IMG/VR virus record: IMGVR_UViG_3300025066_000029
Span: 1-58,903 of that record
Length of the DNA: 58,903 bases
Direction: 5' to 3' (one strand)
Origin: a virus
Lineage: Duplodnaviria; Caudoviricetes
The notes beneath the pieces are model-generated. The model was not told where the DNA came from, searched no databases, and was given only the letters and a program-made list of their open reading frames with translations. The translations under genes were made by a program, and so were the position numbers. Shown here in pieces: positions 41,618 through 51,691 of this stretch (positions within the stretch are counted from its first letter, which is position 1; each line of letters begins with the position of its first letter).

Positions 41618-42196
41618 TTGAAAAATTTGAAAAACGTTCAATTAGCATCCAAGGATGGTGTTGTTGGACATTTTCCCGTTAATGGTGGGAGAGTTAAGGA
41701 AGTAGTTGCAGGCTTCTTAAAACAACTTGCAGCAGAATTAGGAGAGCATTCTCCTGTTCGTAATATTATTAACCAATATGCTGCTAATCATAAGTCATTG
41801 GTTTTTGGTAAGTATGTTGAAAGTATTTACAAAACTGGTGGTGAAGTAGCAGTGATTGAAAAGCATCCGGGAACTAAAGATCTTCAAGATTTTGAGTTGA
41901 AGATGTTAGAGAGTTTGCCAGTAGCCAACTTTACAAGAACTGAATATCATGATGTAAATTGGTATCGTAGACTGAAGAAGGCTCATAAAAGAAATGGTCA
42001 ACTTGGTGTTGTTGAGTACTTAATTGTACTTGCAAGACGGTTTTCACTTCCAAACGAGGATACCCTTGAGTACAAAAATCTTACTGCTGAAAAGATTGAG
42101 GAGTATAAGAGAGTTGCTCATTATTTTAATGGGCTCATTAGTTTGGTTACTAATGGTATGTTACCTGTCAGAGATGGAAGTAGCGGAGATAATTAA
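41618..42196 (+). CDS. hypothetical protein
   Basis: 192 aa, TTG start; VNWYRRLKKAHKRNG segment. Confidence 0.6.
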   Translation: MKNLKNVQLASKDGVVGHFPVNGGRVKEVVAGFLKQLAAELGEHSPVRNIINQYAANHKSLVFGKYVESIYKTGGEVAVIEKHPGTKDLQDFELKMLESLPVANFTRTEYHDVNWYRRLKKAHKRNGQLGVVEYLIVLARRFSLPNEDTLEYKNLTAEKIEEYKRVAHYFNGLISLVTNGMLPVRDGSSGDN

Positions 42197-42383
42197 GAAG
42201 GAGACAGTAACAGAAGAGGAATGTATATTCCTGATACAGGAGTACATTTATGAAAAGAAGGGGGAGAGGATAGAAATTATGCCAATTGAAGTTCAACGTA
42301 TGGGGCAACATTCTCCTATAGTTTTACAACAATTGTTGCATAATTTCTATCTTACTGCATTAAATCATTTTTTAACGAAATAA
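42174..42383 (+). CDS. hypothetical protein
   Basis: Likely start MEVAEIIK. Confidence 0.45.
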   Translation: MEVAEIIKKETVTEEECIFLIQEYIYEKKGERIEIMPIEVQRMGQHSPIVLQQLLHNFYLTALNHFLTK

Positions 42384-42387
42384 TATT

Positions 42388-42633
42388 ATGAACAATAAAA
42401 CAAACAAGAAGAAATATTACCCACCACGTCAGATTCATTTTGGTGATCTCTGGATGGGAGGTAATGGTTGTAAAGTTGTTGAGAATCTTATTGACAGGCT
42501 TACTCGCTTGTCATATAAGCCAGTGACTAAGACCAAAAAGGGTGATATTAAAGTATCGCTCGGAAGGAATATTTACATTTATCAGGGTTCTGCCCACAAA
42601 GAAGAATTTGAACAATGGTTATCGGAGAGTTAA
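42388..42633 (+). CDS. hypothetical protein
   Basis: 81-aa ORF. Confidence 0.5.
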   Translation: MNNKTNKKKYYPPRQIHFGDLWMGGNGCKVVENLIDRLTRLSYKPVTKTKKGDIKVSLGRNIYIYQGSAHKEEFEQWLSES

Positions 42634-42926
42634 AAATATTCCATGAATCTGGAATTCATAACAATGAGTGTATGGCTCCAAGGAATACATACAACAAGCA
42701 GTTTCAATCCAAACTTGGAAAGAAGGCAAATCTTCAAAACAATAAGAAAGTTGTACAGGTTATACCTATAAACCGTGACTTCTTTTGTAATGAAGATGGA
42801 TCCTTATATTCTAAGAGGGATTATGACAATTATTGTGCAGACTTAGTTTGTACAGTATTAGGTGTAGCTTGGTCTAAGGACTTTGAAGCTCCACCATATA
42901 AAGATTATGTACGTAAAGCATACTAA
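42615..42926 (+). CDS. hypothetical protein
   Basis: 103-aa ORF. Confidence 0.5.
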   Translation: MVIGELKIFHESGIHNNECMAPRNTYNKQFQSKLGKKANLQNNKKVVQVIPINRDFFCNEDGSLYSKRDYDNYCADLVCTVLGVAWSKDFEAPPYKDYVRKAY

Positions 42927-42941
42927 ATACAACGAAACAAG

Positions 42942-43418
42942 ATGGACAAACAATTTGCTATTTCGATTGCGCAATCACGCGCTATTTGCACTGAACTCGG
43001 TAATTACTACCAAGTGAAAGTGACTACTGATCCACATTTTTATGAAGATGATAATGGTGGACGTTATATTATTAATTTTGCAGCAATGACTGGCCAACAG
43101 GCTACAGAGTTGCAAAGTTTCTTTACAAGTAATCCAAATCCGACATCAGATGATCTGACGGATGCACTTAATGCATCTCAACTCACTTTCAGTATCTGGG
43201 TTAATTCCGAGACTGGAGAAGTTGGTTGGAAACCAAGTAAAGGAGAGATTGTTAAAATTTCTCTAGATTATGTACAAAACCGTGAAGGTGATTCAGTATT
43301 ACGGATTAAGAGCTGTGCTCCGCTACCAGTATCTACTGCACGTACTTTTACATTAAATGCTGCTGAGGAAATTCCTCAGTCTGCAGAATCACACCTTCAA
43401 GAAACTGAAGGTAATTAA
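42942..43418 (+). CDS. possible OB-fold ssDNA-binding protein
   Basis: Beta-rich with an acidic tail; followed by a terminator. Confidence 0.4.
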   Translation: MDKQFAISIAQSRAICTELGNYYQVKVTTDPHFYEDDNGGRYIINFAAMTGQQATELQSFFTSNPNPTSDDLTDALNASQLTFSIWVNSETGEVGWKPSKGEIVKISLDYVQNREGDSVLRIKSCAPLPVSTARTFTLNAAEEIPQSAESHLQETEGN

Positions 43419-43436
43419 CAAACTTGCTTTACGTAC

Positions 43437-43476
43437 ATCAGAGTTCTGGGGAGAAATCCTCAGAACTCTGTTTTTT
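43437..43476 (+). terminator. intrinsic terminator
   Basis: CAGAGTTCTGGGGA...TCCTCAGAACTCTG followed by a T-run. Confidence 0.75.
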
Positions 43477-43489
43477 AAAAAAACTACTT

Positions 43490-43873
43490 ATGAAACAATA
43501 CATTTATAAGGATTGGAAAAACGAAAATGATTATGAAGGTACTGCGGAGTTGTTAGAATTTGATAAGGATAGTCTTACATTCTTTTGTGATAATAATGTA
43601 GAGGAAGTTGAATCTTATAACCGTTGGGTGCGAGATACTAATCTTGCAACAGGTAAGGAGAATACTAAGAGAAAGAAGTTAGGATTGAAGAGATTACCTC
43701 TTAAGAGATTTGTACAACCAGATATCTTTCAAGGAGAACGTTGGTTAGTGGAATTTGAAGATGGTTTTAGGGCATACAGGTGGATAAGAGTAATGGTTAC
43801 AAGTTCTAATTCACTTGAAAAAATGAGTGAATGTACGAGTTATGATGATAAATCCGAAGATAGAGAAAATTAG
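43490..43873 (+). CDS. hypothetical protein
   Basis: Likely start MKQYIY after the terminator. Confidence 0.55.
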   Translation: MKQYIYKDWKNENDYEGTAELLEFDKDSLTFFCDNNVEEVESYNRWVRDTNLATGKENTKRKKLGLKRLPLKRFVQPDIFQGERWLVEFEDGFRAYRWIRVMVTSSNSLEKMSECTSYDDKSEDREN

Positions 43874-45881
43874 GATAGAGGATATAATGGCTATTGATAC
43901 TGAGTATAATAGTCCAATACCTCTTGAGGCACAGGTGCTTGCTATTGCATTATCTAATAGTAATGAGACTTATGTACTTGAATGTAGAAGATATGCTCAT
44001 GCAGATATTGTAGGGCTTTTAAAACAGTTGCAAGATTGTAAACAATTGATTGCACACAATGCTAAGGCGGATGCACTTGTTATTCGTAGTAATTACAATG
44101 TACGCATGGATAATTGGTGTTGTACTATGCTTGCAAGTCAAGTTATTGACAATGGTAATATCCTTTCTGTGAAGGGTGGATATAGAACTAATAAGATGGT
44201 GGGTAATATTCCAGTTATGGAAAAACCTCATAGTCTTGCAGGGTGTTTACAAAGATATCTTGGAATAGAACTGTCAAAAGAGCAACAGGCATCATTTCTA
44301 CGTCACCCATTTTCTAAACTTCTAAGTGAGGAACAGCTGATATATGCAGGAGGTGATACACACTATCTACTTTCTTTGTATGCAGAACAACGTAAGTACT
44401 TGATATCCAGAGAGTTAACAAATATTACAGATTATGTGGAATATCCACTAATCAGTGTACTTACAGATATGGAACTGATAGGTTGTAAAGTAGATGCTGA
44501 AGCTCATCTTGCTAACATAGCAAAGTGGAACTTGGAACTCAAGGACATGGAGAGAAGGTTGGATGAACTTGCAGGAATTGTGAGAACAGAAGTGGGTGTT
44601 AGAGTAGGAAGAAGAACAGATTGGTTGTATGAAGTAGACTTGTGGAATAGAACTACTAAGGTATTCAAAAATAGGAAACCAGAGTATAAGGATTGGGGAA
44701 GTAGATTATTAATGTTACATCAATTTGAAGTACGTGGAGAACCACTACCTGTAGATCAGGAAAATGCTCAAAAGACATCTGTTAGTCAGAATAATCTTGA
44801 GTATTACTTAATTAATAATCCGGGAAGTCCTTTAGAACCAGTGATTACATTATTCATAGAGCGTGTAAAACTTAAAAAGAAGATTAGTACTTATGGAAGA
44901 TCTATTATTAATGCTCTTGATGCTGATGGAAGAATGCGCACCTCTTATGGACAGTGTTTTGCAGAAACTGGTAGACTTACCAGTAGTGCCGTATGTACCA
45001 CTAAGAGGGGTAGATGGCATAGAAACTCAGGATTAAATCTTGCAAATATACCTAAAGATAATGCACTTCGTAACTTATTTATTACTGATGATAACTATTC
45101 TTTTGTTGATTCTGATTTTGAAGGTCAGGAAGTATTTATTGCAACAGACTATTCTCAAGAACCACTTCTTATTAATGCCTTGGAAAATGGATTTGACCAC
45201 CATAGTTTTTTGGCTTCTGATAGTTTTAGTATTATTTTTGGAAGGAAAGTAACTATTGAGAATGAGGACAAGGTACTAATTATTGATGGCCAGAGTTATA
45301 ATATGAAGAAGGAACTTAGACAAGAACATAAAAATTGTCTCTTCAGCCTCTTTTACGGAGGAGGGCCTAAGAGAGTTTTTGAGTATCTTGGAAAGTTTAT
45401 CATGAAACATAATCCACCTGAACAAGGTTTAGAAATTGCTTCTAAAGTCTCTAAGAAGATGAAGACTAATCTACCTGTTCTTGTGAAATATCTTGATAAG
45501 CAGGTAGGAATAGTAAAGAAACAAGGTTTTCTTGTATCTTCTAAACTTGGCAGAAGAAGATATTTCTATGATACTGATTCTGCATTTGGAGATGCAATGA
45601 ATTATGGTATTCAGGGGAGTGGTGGGGAATCAATGAAGTTTGCACTTATTAAGATTGATAAATGGATTAGAAAGAGAGCAAACGAACTTGGATATAGTGA
45701 TTACAAGCAATTTGGTTGGATAACTTTTACAGTATATGATCAAGTTGTAGTTTCATTACATGATGATCATCTTGATGAAGCTGAAATGATTCCTACTCTT
45801 ATGAAGGAGTCTCTTGATTTTTTCTTAACAACTCTTCCAGCTGGAAGTGATTTAAACATAACTAAAAAATGGCAGAAATGA
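43827..45881 (+). CDS. polA: family A DNA polymerase with 3'-5' exonuclease
   Basis: Exo motifs AIDTE, AHNAKAD, YAGGD; ETGRLTS; NLANIP; motif A DFEGQE; motif B KNCLFSLFYG; NYGIQG; motif C VYDQ. Confidence 0.92.
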   Translation: MNVRVMMINPKIEKIRIEDIMAIDTEYNSPIPLEAQVLAIALSNSNETYVLECRRYAHADIVGLLKQLQDCKQLIAHNAKADALVIRSNYNVRMDNWCCTMLASQVIDNGNILSVKGGYRTNKMVGNIPVMEKPHSLAGCLQRYLGIELSKEQQASFLRHPFSKLLSEEQLIYAGGDTHYLLSLYAEQRKYLISRELTNITDYVEYPLISVLTDMELIGCKVDAEAHLANIAKWNLELKDMERRLDELAGIVRTEVGVRVGRRTDWLYEVDLWNRTTKVFKNRKPEYKDWGSRLLMLHQFEVRGEPLPVDQENAQKTSVSQNNLEYYLINNPGSPLEPVITLFIERVKLKKKISTYGRSIINALDADGRMRTSYGQCFAETGRLTSSAVCTTKRGRWHRNSGLNLANIPKDNALRNLFITDDNYSFVDSDFEGQEVFIATDYSQEPLLINALENGFDHHSFLASDSFSIIFGRKVTIENEDKVLIIDGQSYNMKKELRQEHKNCLFSLFYGGGPKRVFEYLGKFIMKHNPPEQGLEIASKVSKKMKTNLPVLVKYLDKQVGIVKKQGFLVSSKLGRRRYFYDTDSAFGDAMNYGIQGSGGESMKFALIKIDKWIRKRANELGYSDYKQFGWITFTVYDQVVVSLHDDHLDEAEMIPTLMKESLDFFLTTLPAGSDLNITKKWQK

Positions 45882-45882
45882 G

Positions 45883-47031
45883 ATGGAAATTGACATTGGA
45901 AGGTTAACAAGACAGGAACAAGTAGTGGATAAGATGATGAAAGTTGATGGTGGTACTTTAGAGGCAGCTACAGGTTTTGGAAAGTCGTATACTGGAATCT
46001 TATTGATACAGAGAATGATGTGTGAAGGGTTTACAGCATTGGTTGTAGTGCCTACACGTCCTTTGAAGAAACAATGGAAAGAGCTTCTTAAGTCATTCAA
46101 GCTTGATGTGGAGGTTGAGGTTATTAATACTGCATACAAGAATAAGTATGATGTGGATCTTGTAATCTTTGATGAAGCACACAGAATTCCAGCACCTGAA
46201 TTTTCAAAGGTTCTTGATACTGTAAAGTATAAGAAGGTATTTGGACTTACAGCTACTGTTATAAGATCAGATGGTGAAGAATGGAAACTACTTGAAGTTG
46301 CACCCATTATTGATACTATCAGTGTTCGTGAATGTGTGAAAAATGGTTGGATATCAGAGTTTACTATTTATAATCTTGCAGTTCCTTTTACAAGTTTAGA
46401 ATTGAAAGCTTACAAGAAAGTTAATAGCTCTTTTAAGTTTGCAAGCTTGAAATGTGGGTATGGTGGTGCTGCTTTTTCTAATGCAATGTCATGGTTGAAA
46501 AATGGTAGTAGAGAGCAGAAGAAGTGGGCGGGGATTTACATGGGCAGTGTGAGCAAGAGAAAGAAACTTCTTCAGGGAAATGATAATAAGGTTAAGTATG
46601 CAAAGAAGATTGTAGATCATCTATCAGATAGGAAGGGATTAATCTTTTCTGAAACTGTAGAGACTGCAAAGGATATTACTAATCTTATTGGTAAGGAGTG
46701 TGCTACTTATTATGGTCAATTAGGCAAGAAGGAGCGCATAGCAGTACTTAAAAAGCTTACTGATGGTAGAAGCAAGGTGCGCCTAATATCAGCTGTAAAA
46801 GCACTTAATGAGGGCTTAGATGTGCCTGCATGTTCTCTTGCAATTATTGTTGCAGGTAACAGTATTGAGAGAGATCAGATACAAAGAATGGGAAGAGTTC
46901 TTCGTGTATCTGATAAACAATCAATAATTGTAAACTTGTATATACAAGGAACACAAGATGAAGTATGGTTACGAGACAGACTTAGTGGTTTGCCTTGTAA
47001 ATGGATAACAAAGATAGATGAAATCGAGTGA
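45883..47031 (+). CDS. superfamily 2 DExH helicase
   Basis: ATGFGKS, DEAH, GLTAT, LNEGLDVP, QRMGRVLR. Confidence 0.92.
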   Translation: MEIDIGRLTRQEQVVDKMMKVDGGTLEAATGFGKSYTGILLIQRMMCEGFTALVVVPTRPLKKQWKELLKSFKLDVEVEVINTAYKNKYDVDLVIFDEAHRIPAPEFSKVLDTVKYKKVFGLTATVIRSDGEEWKLLEVAPIIDTISVRECVKNGWISEFTIYNLAVPFTSLELKAYKKVNSSFKFASLKCGYGGAAFSNAMSWLKNGSREQKKWAGIYMGSVSKRKKLLQGNDNKVKYAKKIVDHLSDRKGLIFSETVETAKDITNLIGKECATYYGQLGKKERIAVLKKLTDGRSKVRLISAVKALNEGLDVPACSLAIIVAGNSIERDQIQRMGRVLRVSDKQSIIVNLYIQGTQDEVWLRDRLSGLPCKWITKIDEIE

Positions 47032-47374
47032 TAAATTTGACTATATCGTAAGTATGGTCATAGGTTGTGGTACTAAGAGAAGTAGAAGGTTTGAAGATTG
47101 GTATAAACTACACATAAAGAAGTTTGTCTTCTTTGAGTATAGATCTGGTTTTCAATCCCTTCTCTTGTGCCGAGGTTCAGGTGAATACACACATGAAGGT
47201 GGATATGAGGGTGATACTGTTGATTATCTTGGTGACAGGGTACTCTTTCACAACATTACTACTCCACATATTGATATTCACTATCAAAAAATAGTAGAAA
47301 AGTATGATACAGGTACAGGAGAAGAACCTCCTAATAATGGTAAGCAAGGAACAGTTACAACAACTGGGGGATAA
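47018..47374 (+). CDS. hypothetical protein
   Basis: 118-aa ORF overlapping neighbours. Confidence 0.45.
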   Translation: MKSSDKFDYIVSMVIGCGTKRSRRFEDWYKLHIKKFVFFEYRSGFQSLLLCRGSGEYTHEGGYEGDTVDYLGDRVLFHNITTPHIDIHYQKIVEKYDTGTGEEPPNNGKQGTVTTTGG

Positions 47375-47801
47375 AAAAGTTTTAGGAGGTTTTAATGATA
47401 CTCCAGATTTCTTTGAACTTCAGAATTTTAGAGTTATTGTTGGTGACATAGAAAAACACATAGAGAATGTTCCAATTCTTGAACCTTCAAGAGTTCCAGA
47501 ATGGATAGATGAATGGAGACAGTTGTTTCCAAAAGGATTAAATAGTATTAATAGGGCATACAGAGGTGACAGACAAGCCTGTCTTAATAAGATGAAAACG
47601 TTTGTGAAAATACATAGGTATCCAAAAGATATCATAATGAAAGCTACCCAGAAGGCAATTAAGATTGCAGAGCTTAAGAATTTTGAGTATTTTCCACAAG
47701 CACATTATTTTATAGATAAGCATGGACAATCGCAGCTTGCAGGTATTTGTGAGCAATTAGATGACATAACTGATGCACGTTCAAGATTTACAGTATTATG
47801 A
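47304..47801 (+). CDS. replication initiator/helicase-loader-like protein
   Basis: WRQLFPKG...ACLNKMKTF...HYFIDK; lies upstream of DnaB. Confidence 0.5.
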   Translation: MIQVQEKNLLIMVSKEQLQQLGDKKVLGGFNDTPDFFELQNFRVIVGDIEKHIENVPILEPSRVPEWIDEWRQLFPKGLNSINRAYRGDRQACLNKMKTFVKIHRYPKDIIMKATQKAIKIAELKNFEYFPQAHYFIDKHGQSQLAGICEQLDDITDARSRFTVL

Positions 47802-48028
47802 CAAAAGAACAAATTGAATATTATGAAACTTGTAAAAAAGATTTAATACAAAAGAAAATGTATAAAGTTCAATTACCCTTTCATTCAACCCTTCATGGTG
47901 AAGGAAAAAGTAAAACTTATGATCTTTTAGTTGAACTTGAAGCAATACATAAGGAAATGTATGATGAAGTGCGTGATTCAATAGACAAAGCAATTGAAAA
48001 AATTGAGAATAAAATAAATGTATTATGA
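47798..48028 (+). CDS. hypothetical protein
   Basis: 76 aa, ATGA coupling. Confidence 0.55.
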   Translation: MTKEQIEYYETCKKDLIQKKMYKVQLPFHSTLHGEGKSKTYDLLVELEAIHKEMYDEVRDSIDKAIEKIENKINVL

Positions 48029-48240
48029 AGATTAAAGTTGATGTTAAGTTTGGAGAATTTCTTGATAATGCTGCTAAAAAAGTTAGATTAACAAGTGGTG
48101 ACATTTATTATCATCTCCCTTATTGGTATCAAAAAACTGTAGATGGGGAATGGTTTGAACATACATTTGATGGACTTCCAGAAGAGCTTCAACAACATAT
48201 TCTTGATAGTGTTGCTGATGTGATAGATGAAAATTTATGA
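48025..48240 (+). CDS. hypothetical protein
   Basis: 71 aa, ATGA coupling. Confidence 0.55.
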   Translation: MKIKVDVKFGEFLDNAAKKVRLTSGDIYYHLPYWYQKTVDGEWFEHTFDGLPEELQQHILDSVADVIDENL

Positions 48241-49439
48241 GCATATTCAATAATGTACAGGATAATATTGATGATGGTAGAGCTGGAAATACTCTCTGGA
48301 TTCCTATTGGTTTTCCAAAGATAGGAGAACATGTAGGTATAATTCCTAAGACATATACTCTACTTGGTGGTAATAGTGGTACAGGAAAAACAAGTTATTG
48401 TGATCTCTCGTATGTGCTAAACCCATATCAATGGATTCAGGAGAATGGTGAAGATAAGGATGTGAAATTCACAGTACTTTATAAGAGTATGGAAAGACCT
48501 AAAGAGTATAAGATTGCCAAGTGGATATGTATGAAACTTTGGCAAGATCACCAGATTATGTGTGATGTTCCTACTCTTTTTAGGTGGGGAGAGCACAGGA
48601 GTAGAATTCCTGATGATGTATATGCCTTGATAACAGGCTATAGGAAGTACTTTGAAAAAATGGAAGACACTGTAATCATCAATGATGGACCAGAGAATCC
48701 TACTGGAATTTATAGGTGGATGGTGAATAAGATCATGGATAATGGTACTTATGTTACCAGTGATGATAAGGTTATTAAGATCTACAGACAAGGAAAAAGC
48801 CCCTTCAAGGGAGATTGTGAGACTATCAGATTTGGAACTGCAAAAACAATAGAGATAACAATCTATGGTGAAAAAGTGCAGGTTCATAAGATGTTTGCAA
48901 AATTCTTTCCTATTGATAAGCGGCATGTATATCTTTGTGCTATTGATCATATGGGTAAGTGCACACATGAGCAAGGCTTAGATGATAGAGGTACTCTTAA
49001 TAAGATGACAGAGTATGCCAGTGGAAAACTTAGGGATGTATTTGGAGCAAGTATAGTGGCTGTTAGTCAATTTAACAGGGCTACTTCAGATTCACAAAGA
49101 AGGTTTTCTAAAGAAGTGGAGATGGCCCCCATGGAAACAGATTTCAAAGGTAGCGGAAATATGTTTAACGACAGTGATGCCGCAATTGCACTATTTAATC
49201 CTTGGAGATATGGAATGGTTAAGTATCTGGATTATGAAGTGGATAGTTTCGTAAATGCTAAAGGTTATAACAGATTTCGTAGTCTTCATGTTCTGAAGAA
49301 TTCCTATGGAGTTGATGATGTAGCATATGGGCTACACTTTTTAGGAGAGATTGGTGGATTTGCTGAATTACCAGCACCACACACTATTAAAGATTATAAA
49401 CAATACGCAAACCCAAAATTTAAACAACGATTGTGTTAG
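48237..49439 (+). CDS. DnaB-like replicative helicase
   Basis: GGNSGTGKT, SME, AIDH, VSQFNR, DFKGSG...DSD, LKN motifs. Confidence 0.88.
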   Translation: MSIFNNVQDNIDDGRAGNTLWIPIGFPKIGEHVGIIPKTYTLLGGNSGTGKTSYCDLSYVLNPYQWIQENGEDKDVKFTVLYKSMERPKEYKIAKWICMKLWQDHQIMCDVPTLFRWGEHRSRIPDDVYALITGYRKYFEKMEDTVIINDGPENPTGIYRWMVNKIMDNGTYVTSDDKVIKIYRQGKSPFKGDCETIRFGTAKTIEITIYGEKVQVHKMFAKFFPIDKRHVYLCAIDHMGKCTHEQGLDDRGTLNKMTEYASGKLRDVFGASIVAVSQFNRATSDSQRRFSKEVEMAPMETDFKGSGNMFNDSDAAIALFNPWRYGMVKYLDYEVDSFVNAKGYNRFRSLHVLKNSYGVDDVAYGLHFLGEIGGFAELPAPHTIKDYKQYANPKFKQRLC

Positions 49440-50239
49440 AAATGACAGATTTATTACCAAAAGAGATTATTAAATCAGACTTGCATAATCCTAAGAATTT
49501 GATAATATTCAGTAAACCAAAGTCTGGAAAGACTACCTTGGTTTCAATGTTACCAAATTGCCTTCTTCTTGATTTTGAAGAAGGTAGTGATTATGTAGAT
49601 GCACTCAAGATTAAGATTGATTGTCTTAAGGTGAGTGATAAAAAGAATGAAGATGATGTTTCCTATCAGGAAGTAGCAAATAGCATTCTTGGACAGAAGA
49701 AGGAAACAGGAAAGTATCCTTATACATATGTTGCAATAGACACAATTACTGCTATAGAGGATATGTGTGAGTGGGATGCTACTGAAGCCTATATGAATTC
49801 AAATATTGGAAAGAGTTTCAATAGACAAGGTGGACAGTTCTTGCCTAAGAGTAAGTGGGAATCAGTTCTTACATTACCTAATGGTGCTGGATATTTCTGG
49901 TTAAGAGAGTCTTTTAAGAAGTGGATGAAAATAACTGATAGATTAGCACCTAATGTGATTCTCCTTGGACACCTGAAGGATAAGTATATCACTTCAGAAG
50001 GTAAGGAGATTATTACAGGAGGTCTGGATTTAACAGGCAAGATTAGTAGAATTACATCAGCTAATAGTGATGCTATTGGTTATTTGTATAGAAATAAAGA
50101 TAAGACAATGTTATCCTTTAAAGGACGTGGAGTTGAGTGTGAAGCAAGACCAGCACACCTTACTGGACAAGACCTTGTTATTATGGAAAAAGTAGATGAC
50201 AAATTAGTCTCATATTGGGACAAAGTTTATAAATTATGA
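49433..50239 (+). CDS. AAA_24/Sak4-like ATPase
   Basis: KPKSGKTT, LLDFEEGS, VAIDTIT, GAGY, LLGH, DAIGYL. Confidence 0.8.
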   Translation: MLEMTDLLPKEIIKSDLHNPKNLIIFSKPKSGKTTLVSMLPNCLLLDFEEGSDYVDALKIKIDCLKVSDKKNEDDVSYQEVANSILGQKKETGKYPYTYVAIDTITAIEDMCEWDATEAYMNSNIGKSFNRQGGQFLPKSKWESVLTLPNGAGYFWLRESFKKWMKITDRLAPNVILLGHLKDKYITSEGKEIITGGLDLTGKISRITSANSDAIGYLYRNKDKTMLSFKGRGVECEARPAHLTGQDLVIMEKVDDKLVSYWDKVYKL

Positions 50240-50841
50240 TAGAGTTTTCATTTGGAAAAAGAAGTATCAGGAATCAACGTCAGCCTAAAGCTGAAGTATT
50301 TCCTGATAAGCTTGTCATGAGTCTCATGCCCTTAAGCAGGGATGAGAATGACGAGGTTGTAAGAAGCGCAAAGCGCAAAATTGTGTTTAACATGTTAGCC
50401 CAAACAACATTGGAGTTATTCAATAATGTAGGGTCTAATGATGAACCTGTATTTGAGAATACAGAGATTGTGCATTGGGTACAAGGAGTAGATAACTACA
50501 TCTTTGTGGTTGGTGATAATACCAAGGTAATTAATACTCAGGGAGAAGAGGTTTCAATTCCAGCGACTATTTTGGTGAAGAAAACAAGTATGGGTGTGAA
50601 TAACAAGAGTCTTTATGACAATCTTGTAGCACAGTATAACTTGGATACTACACAGGAGAATCATTTGGAATTGACAATTGTTGAACAACAACAGGTAAAC
50701 AGCGATGTTTACAGTATTGCACCTATTACTCAGGAAGAGGCTGTGGTAGAACCAACAGCAGAAGAAATAGTTGAAGACATAGAGAATATGTCAATGACAG
50801 AAGAAATTGAACTTGAAGAAGCTACAAACAATAGTTATTAG
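50236..50841 (+). CDS. hypothetical protein with acidic tail
   Basis: 201 aa, coupled start. Confidence 0.6.
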   Translation: MIEFSFGKRSIRNQRQPKAEVFPDKLVMSLMPLSRDENDEVVRSAKRKIVFNMLAQTTLELFNNVGSNDEPVFENTEIVHWVQGVDNYIFVVGDNTKVINTQGEEVSIPATILVKKTSMGVNNKSLYDNLVAQYNLDTTQENHLELTIVEQQQVNSDVYSIAPITQEEAVVEPTAEEIVEDIENMSMTEEIELEEATNNSY

Positions 50842-50844
50842 AAT

Positions 50845-51636
50845 ATGGCATTAAGAGGAGATACAATTGAATTTAAAGAGCGCAAGTTATATACAGGACT
50901 TGTGGATTTTGATATTGTAGGCATTAATCCTACAGCTCAGGAACTTTCTGAGTTGCAAGGACGTGATGTTGATGATATCACAGAACCAGTGTATACTACC
51001 GTTGATGATGATGGTGAAAAGCTTAGGCTTGAGATTTGGTTAAGGAATGAAGAACTTGATCTTCTAACCAAAACTACATTCTGGTTGGAAAACAATGAAC
51101 GCTTTAATCGTGATGGTAATAAGCAAGAGTTTATTAATAATGTAGGGAATACTGCATGGGCAGCTGATGAAGCAGGATTGTCTGCTTATGAGTGGTTTAA
51201 CACTGATGGTGTGAGACCAGCAATGGTAGGTGAAGGCAATCTTTATAGCTTTCTACAGATATGGAGTAAGATTGATGTTCGTAAAGAAGGTACAGAATTT
51301 ATTCTGGATACTTCTTGGGCAGATCTTATTGCAGGAGATGTTGATGAACTCAATGAGTATGTAGGCGCATTCAGTACACATCAAGTACGTATGTTGTGTG
51401 GAGTTACAGAGAACAATCAGAAGTTTTATCAAGCAGTGTATAACAATGTTGTACTTCGTGGTGGTAGTAACTATGTGAAGTATCTCCGTAAAGCTTTGGA
51501 TAACTACGCTTGGAAAGGTGATTATCAGGAGAGTTTTGATCTTCAGGTATATACGCCTACTCCAGCAAGTGAGCAACCTGCAGAAACAATGGCTCAAGCA
51601 TCTACTGCTGACATTCAGGATGTATTAGACGACTAA
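50845..51636 (+). CDS. putative ssDNA-binding/recombination protein
   Basis: YTGL...VGINPT...RPAMVGEGNL; acidic tail; located between ATPase and primase. Confidence 0.5.
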   Translation: MALRGDTIEFKERKLYTGLVDFDIVGINPTAQELSELQGRDVDDITEPVYTTVDDDGEKLRLEIWLRNEELDLLTKTTFWLENNERFNRDGNKQEFINNVGNTAWAADEAGLSAYEWFNTDGVRPAMVGEGNLYSFLQIWSKIDVRKEGTEFILDTSWADLIAGDVDELNEYVGAFSTHQVRMLCGVTENNQKFYQAVYNNVVLRGGSNYVKYLRKALDNYAWKGDYQESFDLQVYTPTPASEQPAETMAQASTADIQDVLDD

Positions 51637-51647
51637 GTTATTATAAT

Positions 51648-51678
51648 GGGACTCCTCTATTTATGGGGGAGTCCCTTT
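51648..51678 (+). terminator. intrinsic terminator-like hairpin
   Basis: GGGACTCCTC...GGGGAGTCCC-TTT. Confidence 0.6.
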
Positions 51679-51691
51679 ACAATCTAAATGT

